A DNA stretch of 62,885 bases, counting the filler, from Stramenopiles sp. TOSAG23-2 (Eukaryota): the NCBI GenBank assembly GCA_900128395.1. It is 45 parts of 45 records of this genome, joined end to end, with 100 filler letters (N's around TTAATTAATTAA, not from the genome) between each part and the next. Parts side by side here need not be neighbours in the genome. Positions count along the whole stretch, not along the records: positions 11,261 to 12,566 come from LT653214.1; positions 12,667 to 13,972 come from LT653215.1; positions 14,073 to 15,376 come from LT653216.1; positions 15,477 to 16,780 come from LT653217.1; positions 16,881 to 18,183 come from LT653218.1; positions 18,284 to 19,586 come from LT653219.1; positions 19,687 to 20,989 come from LT653220.1; positions 21,090 to 22,391 come from LT653221.1; 37 more parts are not named here. The stretch is one strand, 5' to 3'. Below are positions 11,808 through 23,927 of the stretch, piece after piece (within the stretch, counting starts at the first letter, position 1; each line of letters opens with the position of its first letter). A program made the translations under genes and the position numbers. The notes under the pieces are model-generated. The model made no database searches, was not told the origin of the DNA, and saw nothing but the letters and a program-made list of their open reading frames with translations.

Positions 11808-12530
11808 TTGAATGTTATATTGACCTATTTATTTGAGGATGCTTTTGCAAATGAAGAGCGCAACGCTTTATTAATGCAACAACAGAAGAAGATTCAAGTT
11901 AATGTTCCAAATAATACCTACGTTCGTGAAATGTATTCTTTATATTATATGAATCGTAAAATGGCATTTTACCTTTCTGAGACAAAGATAGGTACTTGTT
12001 TCTTTCGGCATATAACTCCTCCGTTTTTGACAAAACGGGTAGTAAAAAAGAAGAAGAAAATATTTAACTTTTTTAAAAAAAGGTTATTGAGTCACTATAA
12101 CAATAATAGTAATAACTCTAGTGATATGAAAAAAAATGGAATGAAGAAATTTCTATGTACAATTGAACAGAATGATATAGGAATTAAAAGAACAACCCCA
12201 CTTTTTATTCACTTCTTAGTCAAGGCTGCTGATGAAGAGGATAAAGAAAATATTTCAAAAAAAAATTGTATAGAATATGAATTCGACGGATTCAACCACA
12301 GGCTAATTGGTGTTGAGTCTATATTTACTTCAATTAAAACAGGCGAAAAAATAAACATTCCTGCTAAATACTTTTCTGAATGTAGCACAATAAATTTTGA
12401 GCCTACGAAAACCAGAAACAATTTAGCAATAAGTGTTACAATCGATACTCCAGATTTTGAAAGTTTGGATTTACGATTCCGATTACGTGTTCCTTCAAAT
12501 ACATATCAAATGCAAGCATGGGGTTTGTAG
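11778..12530 (+). CDS. F-box-like hypothetical protein
   Basis: N-terminus MKIIDLPNDLLNVILTYL is F-box-like; complete 250-aa ORF. Confidence 0.6.
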   Translation: MKIIDLPNDLLNVILTYLFEDAFANEERNALLMQQQKKIQVNVPNNTYVREMYSLYYMNRKMAFYLSETKIGTCFFRHITPPFLTKRVVKKKKKIFNFFKKRLLSHYNNNSNNSSDMKKNGMKKFLCTIEQNDIGIKRTTPLFIHFLVKAADEEDKENISKKNCIEYEFDGFNHRLIGVESIFTSIKTGEKINIPAKYFSECSTINFEPTKTRNNLAISVTIDTPDFESLDLRFRLRVPSNTYQMQAWGL

Positions 12531-12945
12531 TATCATATAAAGCATATATATCATATAAATATATATNNNNNNNNNNNNNNNNNNNNNNNNNNNNNNNNNN
12601 NNNNNNNNNNTTAATTAATTAANNNNNNNNNNNNNNNNNNNNNNNNNNNNNNNNNNNNNNNNNNNNATGTATTTATTAATAAAGATATATACACTCGTAT
12701 ATCTATATGTACTTTTATATTTGATATATATATTCTTTAATTCATATATATATATATATATCATATAATTTAAATATTTAATAAATATTATCAATATTTA
12801 AATTACAGTTTGACTTTTAAATTATACATTATACACTTTATCATATTTTCAGCGCAACTATCATAAAAAAAAGTTACAATTAGCATGTATTAAATTGGTT
12901 AAGACCGTTTCGATTGCCATGACATGTATGCCTACGTTTTCAAAT

Positions 12946-13971
12946 TTAACATCCTCGTTGTCTAGCGGCCCCTAACAACCGCCTCCTCCTACTCACATGC
13001 GAATTCTCCACTTTATATAGCGTTCCCGTCAACACCACGTCTTTGGAATAATGTTTGTGGCGTTTGTATTTCAATTTTACCATTTTTTTGTCACAGCTAT
13101 TTTCGCACTCCAAGGACATTTGCGAATTCGTTTCATACTGGCATTCCTTGATGCATCTGCTTTTGCATTCATCCGTCAACACCACGTCTTTGGAATAATG
13201 TTTGTGGCGTTTGTCTTTCAATTTCTTTAACTTCTTTGCGCACAAATCTTCACATTCTTTGTAGCCTTTAACATGTTTACAGCAATTTGAATCGTCGACA
13301 TATGCTTTGACTTGAACTTTCGCACCAATTAAGTATTTCCTATCTTCACAAAACGGCAACTCACTTTGTAAATATCCATTTTTATCTTGTGTGTTCAGAT
13401 TCACCACGGCAACCCAATCTTTCTCTTCTCCCAACACATCCATCGCGATATGTTGAATGGAAATGTCGTTTGCGGTAAACAATGGCGCAGCTGGGCATGA
13501 TGTATCATCAATCTCGTAACGTAATGATTGTTTTAAACTAAACATTTTTTTGTCATCATAAGCAATATCATTTTTTAAATAATGAATTGCAATGTTCTTA
13601 ATTTCTGCACTAGATAACTCTAAATGATTGTAACCAGCACAATGTGATTGTTTCAATTCACTTAATTCACCCGGGCCGTAGGTATGACCAACATGTTTAC
13701 ACATTTCTTCTGCTTTTGGTTTAGATTGTCCTGTTTTTGTTTTTATCACTTGTTGCATATTGTTATTAATTTTACCTAAACGTTTTTTTGAATTTAATTG
13801 ACGTTTACGTAATGAACTTTCCATGGATTCTAGGAAAGATGATGATTGTTGTACGTCTATTGGTTTAAAATATAAGTGTTCAATTAAATTATAAAAGTTC
13901 TTCATAGCATGATGATACGGCACAAACAATTCACACAATTTCCTTTCACTGTTTCCAGGGGCATCTACAAT
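12946..13971 (-). CDS. Unnamed RRL-family Cys-containing protein ending RRRRLLGAARQRGC; 5' partial
   Basis: Open from the contig edge (RKLCELFVPYHH); EEMC...HCAGYNHLEL; internal repeat KRHKHYSKDVVLT x2; C-terminal RRRRLL motif. Confidence 0.75.
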   Translation of the reverse strand: MVDAPGNSERKLCELFVPYHHAMKNFYNLIEHLYFKPIDVQQSSSFLESMESSLRKRQLNSKKRLGKINNNMQQVIKTKTGQSKPKAEEMCKHVGHTYGPGELSELKQSHCAGYNHLELSSAEIKNIAIHYLKNDIAYDDKKMFSLKQSLRYEIDDTSCPAAPLFTANDISIQHIAMDVLGEEKDWVAVVNLNTQDKNGYLQSELPFCEDRKYLIGAKVQVKAYVDDSNCCKHVKGYKECEDLCAKKLKKLKDKRHKHYSKDVVLTDECKSRCIKECQYETNSQMSLECENSCDKKMVKLKYKRHKHYSKDVVLTGTLYKVENSHVSRRRRLLGAARQRGC

Positions 13972-14072
13972 CNNNNNNNNNNNNNNNNNNNNNNNNNNNN
14001 NNNNNNNNNNNNNNNNTTAATTAATTAANNNNNNNNNNNNNNNNNNNNNNNNNNNNNNNNNNNNNNNNNNNN

Positions 14073-14242
14073 AGTTGATTGAGTTGTTATTAACTAATAT
14101 GTCTCTTACTAGCATTAATAAGAAGACAACGAGGGTGTTCGACGGATACACTCCCCTGGACTGGGCATATAATAATACTAGTCCAATTCAACAAGCGATC
14201 ATTGATCTTATACGTTCAAAAGGTGGAAAACGTAGTAATTGA
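14073..14242 (+). CDS. Ankyrin-repeat protein C-terminus; 5' partial
   Basis: LIELLLTNMSLTSINKK...GYTPLDWAYNNTSPIQQAIIDLIRSKGGKRSN*. Confidence 0.75.
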
Positions 14243-14702
14243 ATTGTAAAATGCAGATGGTAGAAATGTAGGAGTAACGCAAAAATTAAATGATGTCATT
14301 GATGCATTAAATGAAAAACAAACGAATAGTAAATTGAAAGATGTTGTTCAAGACGAACAACTAAATGGAAAAGAGGAAGAGGAAACACATAAAAAATGAG
14401 AAAACAATTAACACTCTGTGTGGAGTGTGAATGTGAAAATATAAAAAATATTTTATAAAACATGGAATACTGAATGAAACATACGCATACAACACCTGGA
14501 ACTCTCTAAAGCGTAAATATTATTTGATCTCCTATAGTCACATCATCTCTCTCATTTTTTATGTTTCCACGCGTTTCCCCTCTCTCTATCGTTCTTTCAT
14601 TTCAATGCGGGGGTTGTTTTATGTCAATTGAATTCCATTTGAACTAACAACAAATAGAAATAATAGAAATAATATTGAAATAATGTTGAAGTATACATAA
14701 CA

Positions 14703-14738
<36 letters not shown>

Positions 14739-14742
14739 CAAC

Positions 14743-15376
14743 ATGGCATCCATCACAGAAAAAGAAGATAAAGTGGACGACGGTGAGGATGAAATTAAAA
14801 ACATATACGATATATGTGGTATACCAGGTTTGTTTAAACATATTTTAATATTTTTAAAAGTTAAATCTATATTAAAATTGAAAGAGTCTTGTTTAGTGAA
14901 AAATTTAAATCATACAAGTTTTAATGAGTGTGTAACTGCAGCAATACGTGGACCAAAACAGTTGTTTGAGTTATATCGAAGATATAGATTGGAATTTGAA
15001 GGGAAGTCGACATTGGTATGTGCATGTGAAAAAGGACGTATGAATGATGTGATGTTATTTGTGAATTTACATCGTTTTCATAAATATATTGAGATGAAAG
15101 GTGTGAAAGAAGGTAATATGACATTGAAAGAATACGTGAATCAAGTAGGTACAGATAGTTATGGTTTTGATGGATGGACACCTTTAATGGCAGCTGCAGT
15201 GAACGAACATTTCCAAATAGTTAAATATTTGATTGAACAATGTGAAGCTGATCCTAATATTGCAAAGAGTAGTACTGGAGTGAATGCATTACATTTAGCA
15301 GCATATAACGAAAAGGATACAAAGTTGATTGAGTTGTTATTAACTAATATGTCTCTTACTAGCATTAATAAGAAGT
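14743..15376 (+). CDS. F-box-like plus ankyrin-repeat protein; 3' partial
   Basis: IPGLFKHILIFL; GWTPLMAAAVNEHFQIVKYLIEQCEADPNI; GVNALHLAA. Confidence 0.85.
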
Positions 15377-15512
15377 NNNNNNNNNNNNNNNNNNNNNNNN
15401 NNNNNNNNNNNNNNNNNNNNTTAATTAATTAANNNNNNNNNNNNNNNNNNNNNNNNNNNNNNNNNNNNNNNNNNNNCAAGGAACCAGACATGGAACTGGA
15501 CAAACATTTTAA

Positions 15513-16780
15513 GTGTCTATATATATAGAATGTTTAAAACGCATTGTCTGTGCAAATCAATTTAATGGCGGGCCATTGCAATATGTCAACGTGGCAACGG
15601 AGTTAGTTGCCTTGAGCTCTTTCCAAGTAAGGGCATCCACACGTAAAAAAAATAACACCTTGGTACAGTTAGGTACATTATCATCAAATGTATGTGTAGG
15701 AGCAACAGTTAAAACAATAGATTCTATTGTACAAAATGTAGGAGAGACAAATGTAAGCATACGTCAACATATTCTAGACAACCCTGTTGTTGATAAAGTT
15801 GAGCTTGGATTTGTTATGCTTACCAATACCGGTACCAAAGAAGAATCATCACGTACTATATATGGGAACAACCCGGATATGTCAACAATCCAGACCCATA
15901 TTAAAAAATCTCGTGCACAGGGTGAACCATCTACAAATACATTTTTATCCATACTTGGTACGGCATGTAGTGGAACCGCTGGTAAAACAGCAAACGTTGC
16001 AGACGTAGGGGTTACAATACGATGGGGGGAGGATGACGATATCAAGTTGATGAGTACAGTGGCAAATAACAACAGCCCAAACGGTAGTATTAATAGCAAT
16101 GTTGGTACCGCTGATAGTAATTCCAATGATGAAGAACAAATCGATGGAAATGTAGATACAATTGTCAAAACTACATCTGGAATGCAAACATGTATTGTAA
16201 ATGCAAACAATATAAATTGGATTGCGATTACATTTGATTCCACTGATATAAAAAGTCGGTCTAATAAAATTGCATCCTGGTTCCATGCATTACCATCGTT
16301 TCATTCAAAAGTCTTCACATTACCAAAAAACTGGAGAGGGTTCAAACAGCGTTTTAATAAATTTGGTTTCAACACAATAGTTGCAAACAACAAGGATGGT
16401 AAGAAAACGTTGTTTCTTCAACATTGCTGTTTCTCGAAAGAACATCAGCATTTATGGAGGTATATATGCAGTAATCCTGTGAAAAAAATCAACGAGACAA
16501 TGTCCGGGTTGAATCTCAATGAAGGAAGTACTCGAAAAAAAAGCAAAACAAATGTTAACATAGTCAAACATGAACATTGCCTTGGTAAATTAGCGAAATA
16601 CAAGAATTATGAACCTGTGTCGATTTCCAGAAATTTTTACAAATTCCAAGCAACGTGTCTTGATCATAACACATTTAACATTTCATTTGACCAGGATGAT
16701 GCAATTGAGAAACATTTAAAAACATATGCGAAAAGTGGTAATCGCATACATGGAATTGGAATAAAATTATTATCTGCAAT
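15513..16780 (+). CDS. Hypothetical protein; 3' partial
   Basis: More than 420 open codons in AT-rich DNA; no family recognised. Confidence 0.6.
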
Positions 16781-16880
16781 NNNNNNNNNNNNNNNNNNNN
16801 NNNNNNNNNNNNNNNNNNNNNNNNTTAATTAATTAANNNNNNNNNNNNNNNNNNNNNNNNNNNNNNNNNNNNNNNNNNNN

Positions 16881-18183
16881 CGGTAAATTCGAAAATCATT
16901 AAAGTATTTCCTGCAATTTCACAAGTTTGTCCACTAATGCTGCTTAGCACTATCTCAACCGTAACAGTATTATCGGTCTCCGTCGCTGGATTTGAAGTAG
17001 CTTCGCAATTGCTACCAGACGGAGAAGTAATCGAAACTGCTGGAGCTTGTGCAGTATTAAAAATATCAGGAGAATCAAAGGTTATAGTGACCATATTACC
17101 AGCTGTAAGATTTCCTTGGGAAGATGTTTTTGCTTTTATTGTAATTAAACTAGGTGTTTCTCCGACATCTGTTTTATCACCGTAATATTCTAATTCAGTC
17201 AATATATACCTTTGCAATTGATAACCTGATTGAACGCTGGTATAAATGTAATCTTTTTCCGTTCTAATTTTGAAACTAACAATCCCATCTTCTGTATGAA
17301 TTGAATTTACGGCAGGATTAGTCACCAGATTACTTGTTATCGAAAATTCAATATTCTCCAATGCGCTAACTTGGCAAGAAGCACCAGACAATGTAATTTC
17401 GAGAAGGTCATGAATGTCTACAGAACTACTAAAATCGCAATTGTCAAAACCAGACTGCCCAGCAATTGTCGGTTGGCTCAATACTTCGAAAACAGATGGA
17501 AATGTCTTCAAATATATTTTATCGCCACTTGCAAGGTTATTCAACGCGAAAAAAGAAACTGTAAGTGTTCCTGGTGGTTCATTATACATAGTATTGGATG
17601 CTGATATTGCTGGAGCAAACAATTCTTTAGGCCAAAATTTATACCCATCGTATTCAATTGGTGCATCATTATCAGACGTCGTTTCAATAGTGTATCGGAC
17701 GGTCGTTTTCCTTCTTTTCACGCATTCTACTTCCGTGTAGTAACTTGAATCAGAGCATGAGCCTGCCGACCATATATTTGTTGCTGGTGTTACATGACCA
17801 TGATCAATATGATTAATGTTACTTACTTTAAATGAAAATGCTGTGCTAGACGCTACAACGCAATTGCTTAATGTTACAGTTAAAATCTTGTTGCTTACTG
17901 AACCACTTAATGAACATGACCCACCTACGAATCCTAACTCTTTTGTTATTGTAATAGTGTTTTCAGTGAAAATTCTAATATTGGTTTTCAAAATTATTAC
18001 ATCCCCATTAGATATTAAGGATCCTGTACTAGATGTTTTACCAGAAACGGTTACAGTTAGAAGATCGCTCTCTAACTTTGTATCTGTTACTTGTTTTTTC
18101 ACAATAGCATCCCCTTCCATCCAGCAACATGATAAATGTGTTGCGATAGATATGTATATGTCAAAATCACGCTTCATTCGAAT
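16881..18183 (-). CDS. Large extracellular Ser/Thr-rich beta-sandwich repeat protein; internal fragment
   Basis: Three repeats of about 130-140 aa of the form LTVxF...(L)xxGDxIxL..F...C....L.ITL...C....FxI. Confidence 0.65.
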
Positions 18184-18895
18184 NNNNNNNNNNNNNNNNN
18201 NNNNNNNNNNNNNNNNNNNNNNNNNNNTTAATTAATTAANNNNNNNNNNNNNNNNNNNNNNNNNNNNNNNNNNNNNNNNNNNNTAGAGGGTTTCTAGGTC
18301 TCAGTTTGAAATTCCGCCACTTGAGATTTTCCTTCTCATGTTGCTGATCATTCACATCTTGGTCCGGGGGTCTAATTTTATCTACTTTTTGAGAAATAAG
18401 GAATTGAAAACGACATCTGGACGTTAAAAATCGATGAAAATAAAAGGAGACTTGATAAATTGAAAATGAGCGGTGTGAAATTTCAGGCCTTAGGCAGGCG
18501 GTTCAGGAATTTATTTATTTATTTTATACTAATAGAATATGAATATATTGCTATCAAAATAATTGTATATTTTTTTGACATGGAAATAGCATGACACGCA
18601 GAAACTGGAAAAAAGCAGCAATTTAAATTATTTTAAAATCAAAGGGTACCATCCATCTTAATTATAAAAAAAGGAGGAGGTATTTTTTATTTACCCAGAA
18701 GTATTGTGTTTATATTGTTTCCTTTTTGGTTCTTTCAATGCGAAACTCTCAAATTTGCTCTATGGAGGATGATCTCTGTTTTTCTTGTTTTATTNNNNNN
18801 NNNNNNNNNNNNNNNNNNNNNNNNNNNNNNNNNNNNNNNNNNNNNNNNNNNNNNNNNNNNNNNNNNNNNNNNNNNNNNNNNNNNNNNNNNNNNNN

Positions 18896-19586
18896 TGTTT
18901 CATTTTCATTGAAAAAGTTTCATCTTCTACATCCTTCGATGCTGTTCCAGTTTCACGATAAATATTTCCAGTAGCAAATATCATCAATTCCGTTTTTTTA
19001 TCTTTAAACAGTGTATATATACCAGTCATACCAAATAATAAAATTTGTATAAAAACTGATCGTTTCGTGGAGCGTTTCATTATTGTATATTCTTCACCTT
19101 GTATTGTGTAGTTAAATAATATTTCACCATTACCCCAAACTCCAAATGTATTTCCATAAATGCAATACAAGTTTAATAATGTGAATATACTTCCATAAAC
19201 AATAATAAATATACGACTTTTTAGTTTTATTGCATCCATAAATACAAAACCACTTACTACTAACACATATATTATTCCCATAATTGGACCAAATATGGGG
19301 TTCTTAATTGATTGTCTAATATCAATAATCATATTACAAAGACTTAATATTACAATAACAGCAACATTCATTTCTCGTAATAATCGTTTCATAACCACTA
19401 ATGATATATTTTTGTAATACAATATACCAATAAATACAAATGTAATCACAGAAGATACAATGGCAGAAACTAGTCCTCCCACCTGTCTTCCACCAGCTAC
19501 AACATAACTCATCAACGCAATGAGAGCAAATAAACTCATTCCACGTTGTGCCCATTTCACCCGCCATTCTAACGATTTATCCATGA
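18896..19586 (-). CDS. Multi-pass membrane protein; partial, runs into an internal N gap
   Basis: About 6 hydrophobic segments. Confidence 0.65.
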
Positions 19587-19690
19587 NNNNNNNNNNNNNN
19601 NNNNNNNNNNNNNNNNNNNNNNNNNNNNNNTTAATTAATTAANNNNNNNNNNNNNNNNNNNNNNNNNNNNNNNNNNNNNNNNNNNNAAAA

Positions 19691-20332
19691 ATGAATAAAG
19701 TCATTGCTTTGCTTTGTTTAATTGGCCTTAGCCTTGTTGCACCATCGTTTTCAAACGGTGCGGAGTGTAATGAAAAGACAGGTCAAAATTGCAAATGTGG
19801 TTATACTGCATATAGTAGGGAACTTGCCTTTGTAGCAATACATCATTGGGGGGCGTCGAATGCAGCAAAAATTCCAGATGCTGGGTATTGTTCATGCGAT
19901 GCAGAGACGGAAATTAAATCATATTGTGCGATTGGAAGCAACAAAATGCACGTATGCTGCATCAAAAAAGGTACGTCTTGTAAAGAGTTAAAAAGTAATG
20001 CTGAAAAAATGTGCAAAAAAGGACATATGTTCTGTAAAGCACAGCCAGCTTTAATTGACGCAAAAAACGTTAAAGTATGTGGTTTCCTTGGCTTACCAAA
20101 GGAAGATCCAGCACATAAAGCATGTTCTGGTAACTTCTTCGATCGTTGCATATGCCCAGAGGGACAAGAACCATTCTTCAGAGAATACTTCACAAAAACG
20201 AAGAAAACTGGTGAATCGATAACCTATCTTCAACCAGATTGCCGTGAGGTTGAAAAAGTTACAACTGGTCCAACCAAAGAACCAAAGCCAAACCTTCGTA
20301 TTGAAAAACCTTTATTAAAAGAGAATGAATAA
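19691..20332 (+). CDS. Secreted Cys-rich protein
   Basis: Signal peptide MNKVIALLCLIGLSLVAPSFS; many Cys; complete ORF. Confidence 0.75.
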   Translation: MNKVIALLCLIGLSLVAPSFSNGAECNEKTGQNCKCGYTAYSRELAFVAIHHWGASNAAKIPDAGYCSCDAETEIKSYCAIGSNKMHVCCIKKGTSCKELKSNAEKMCKKGHMFCKAQPALIDAKNVKVCGFLGLPKEDPAHKACSGNFFDRCICPEGQEPFFREYFTKTKKTGESITYLQPDCREVEKVTTGPTKEPKPNLRIEKPLLKENE

Positions 20333-20587
20333 ATTGTTCGTCCATATATATATATAATGTGTATAATATTTAATATATTGTAATATATATATATATATTA
20401 ACAAGTCCATGTTAATCTCGTGTGTACTGGTCCAACCAAAGAACCAAAGCCAAACCTTCGTATTGAAAAACCATTATTAAAAGAGAATGAATAAATTGTT
20501 CGTCCATATATATATATAATGTGTATAATATTTAATATATTGTAATATATATATATATATTAACAAGTCCATGTTAATCTCGTGTGT
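20264..20587 (+). repeat. Tandem duplication, 2 x 162 bp, of the CDS end and 3' flank
   Basis: 20264-20425 versus 20426-20587, with one visible substitution (cct/cca). Confidence 0.9.
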
Positions 20588-22492
20588 TATTATGTGATGT
20601 GTGAGAAATTAGAGATGTATTATACCGGTTGTCGTATTTTCCTTGTCAGAGTACTATGATAGCAAGGAAAATCTCTGGGGTCCAGAGTACGGTTGTTAAA
20701 GTGTGTGTATTAAAAAATATTCGTGTACTCTTTCGTAAAAGATTATGATATCATTGAAAACAGTTTTATCATATATTTCTAGACTATATATTATTATCTC
20801 ATACGAACGTATATATTTCCAATATATTATTCCTGAGATTGAGTATTGAGCATTTACACGTTCGTATTATTTACCACTGGAAAGTATAAATTATTTTTAG
20901 TAAAAACTTAGATTTTAACCATCACACACACACACTCTCTCATTTTCAATCGCCTTTCACTAAATGCACATTGTATGTGGTATCATACANNNNNNNNNNN
21001 NNNNNNNNNNNNNNNNNNNNNNNNNNNNNNNNNTTAATTAATTAANNNNNNNNNNNNNNNNNNNNNNNNNNNNNNNNNNNNNNNNNNNNACAATATGTTG
21101 ATGTAATTGTCGATAAATGTGATACATATACTGTAATAATAAAATATTGATAATTAATAAAAAAGGCACAAAGCACACACAGACAGAGAGAAAAAGAGGA
21201 AAAATATATTATTTGTAGAGAGCGGGGTAAGCATGAGGTAAAAAATAAAAACGAAAAACATAAATGATGTGTACACACGCGTGGTTTTACACCAATAAAA
21301 TTACAAGTATTATATACGAACGTATATTTTTACGGTCTTCCCCCCGTTCAAGCTGATTAAACTAAAATCTAAAATCCATTTTAAGTACATTCCTGGCATT
21401 ACCAAGTATACCAGGTATAATGAAAGTGATAGATGGGAATTTTAAAATCGATGATGCGATGAGTTCCTTCGTACGTGCGTACCTCGTAATAATACCTGGG
21501 CTATATGGATTCGTAGTTATTCGGTATACTTGTTATAAAGAACATACCTATATACGAATTTTACGAACACACACTTTACCATGTGTGATATTTATGGCCA
21601 AAGCATTGATATTTGCTTTCTATATAGATTTATATATCAAAGTATGCTTTCATTATTGATTTCAGCCGCTATCTCAACGTTTAGAGGACGGACAGATAAT
21701 TTATATTTTTGTAATGCAAATATTTATAGATCAACTGGAACGATTCGTCAAAATGACATCAATACTTTTTACGTTAGAGACATGAGGGTTGAACAAACAA
21801 GTAGTAGAAGTAATAGAAATCTACAAAAGAAAAAAATAAATGACGGCGAAGAAGAAGAGCTAGGAGAAGAAGAGGCAGGAAACCAGACTAAGTCAGTGGT
21901 TGCATAGACAGTCCCCGGGTATATATCTTCTTTCAATTTATGAGAGGGGACACCTTGAGGTGGTAAATTATTAATTACGAGGCGTATTAATTTTTTCTTT
22001 TTTTTAAAATTAATAATAATATATACTCGTAAAATATGATGATATGTGGACATGAATTAAACTTTTAGCGAGCTCGTAGTATAATATTTTTAGTAAAACT
22101 AGGGAGTATTAATTTGTGATACGACGTAAATACTAGATATTTTTTAAAAAATAATCTCATTATGATATTATACACATCCATTTTTTAATATATTTTAAAT
22201 TTTTATTTATTTTATATATATATATCATATAAGTTATATCACGAGACGTACATGTATATATTATTATATATACGCTTCGTATGATGTGTCTTATTAATAC
22301 CCACCTTACAAAGTAGATGATACCTCATAATTTGCCGCAAACAAATTTGAATTGTTATAAAAAATAATATCAGGGTGAACAGATAATAATGNNNNNNNNN
22401 NNNNNNNNNNNNNNNNNNNNNNNNNNNNNNNNNNNTTAATTAATTAANNNNNNNNNNNNNNNNNNNNNNNNNNNNNNNNNNNNNNNNNNNNA

Positions 22493-23793
22493 GAAATTGA
22501 TTTATTAATTAAAAAACATGAAGAATTATATGCCAAATTTTTCCATGGTGGAAATTTAGATTTAGCAAAAGCAGAGTTGTTGATAAAACGAAATAGTAAG
22601 GAAAATTTAATACGAAATACTGGTGCCAGATTTTGTCTATATGGCGTTGTATTGATTTTGGCAATATGGATATTATGGGATATTGTTGTTGATGTATCAA
22701 TACGACAAGGTGGAAGTTTAATTGGTCCACAATATAAACCAGTAAACATGTCAAATGCATATGCAATTGATTTGTGGAGAAAAAATGAATTTCCTGTTTA
22801 CCGTGGCATGGCTATGATTGTTTTATGGATTTGGTGCTGGGCATTATCGATTCATATATGGACGGAAGGACGAGTTAATTATTTATATATGTTAGAACTT
22901 GATCCACGAGATGCACCGGAATCCACTTCCATTTTTGAAACTGCTGCTAGGCATACGATTGTCATATTTGGAATGTTTCTATTTCATTTTAAGATCATGT
23001 CCAATAGCTTAGGATTAAGTGATAATGAGTCACAAAATAGTGTGTTGCAACCTGGATATGTCACATTATTTTTGATTATATACGGATTTTGGCATGTTGC
23101 AAGAACATGTTGCAAACCTTCAAAGGTTATTTGGCGTGTATTGTATCATACAGTAACACCATGTTTTCGACCAGTTTCTTTTATTATGAATTATACTGGA
23201 GATGTTTTATGCTCATTATCGAAACCGATGGTTGATCTGTTTTACATTAGCTGCTATACCACTACTGGAATGTGGGTTTCAAGTGTCATTGAACCTGGAA
23301 ATACATGTTTAGATACACCGATTGTGTCACAAATAGTAACTCCGCTCGTCTTAGTTGCGCCATATATGATACGCTTTGCCCAATGCGTTCGACGGTATTT
23401 AGATTCTGCAGATAAATCAATGTTACGATCAAGAAACATTGCAAATGCTATTAAATATGCATCCGCATTAGTGGTACAATTGTATGCTATTTTTTCAGAG
23501 GTAAAGAAGGATAAATATGTCGATGATAAACCATGGTTTTATACATGGCTTATTTTAATTGGTTTAGCAACGCTATATATGTTTTTTTGGGATGTATGCA
23601 TGGATTGGTCCTTATTTACAACAAAACCAAACCTTGCCATACGTGAGAAACGATTGTATACACGTAGATATTTCTATTTTTGTGCAATTTTTGCCGATTT
23701 CGTATTGCGTTTTTTCTGGATCTCTACTATTATACCAGCAACGGTTCAAAATCCAATTTTAAAATATAGTCAAGGATTTGCATGGATTAGTTC
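22493..23793 (+). CDS. XPR1: SPX-EXS phosphate exporter (XPR1/PHO1/SYG1 family); partial at both ends
   Basis: ELYAKFFHGGN...AKAEL (SPX end); RVNYLYMLELDPR; FIMNYTGDVLCS; PYMIRFAQCVRRY; NAIKY; YMFFWDVCMDWSL; DFVLRFFW. Confidence 0.9.
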
Positions 23794-23927
23794 NNNNNNN
23801 NNNNNNNNNNNNNNNNNNNNNNNNNNNNNNNNNNNNNTTAATTAATTAANNNNNNNNNNNNNNNNNNNNNNNNNNNNNNNNNNNNNNNNNNNNAACTTAC
23901 TTTCTAATTTTATTTATTACATTTAAA

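Noticed and set aside
15513-16780. Possible Mutator/FAR1-type transposase (CC..H.H, HEHC motifs)
   Set aside because: No DDE core or terminal repeats are visible, so it is left as hypothetical
21090-22391. Short ORFs in largely non-coding contigs (also 28097-29396, 46264-47559, 61595-62885)
   Set aside because: They are low-complexity or short with no recognisable motifs
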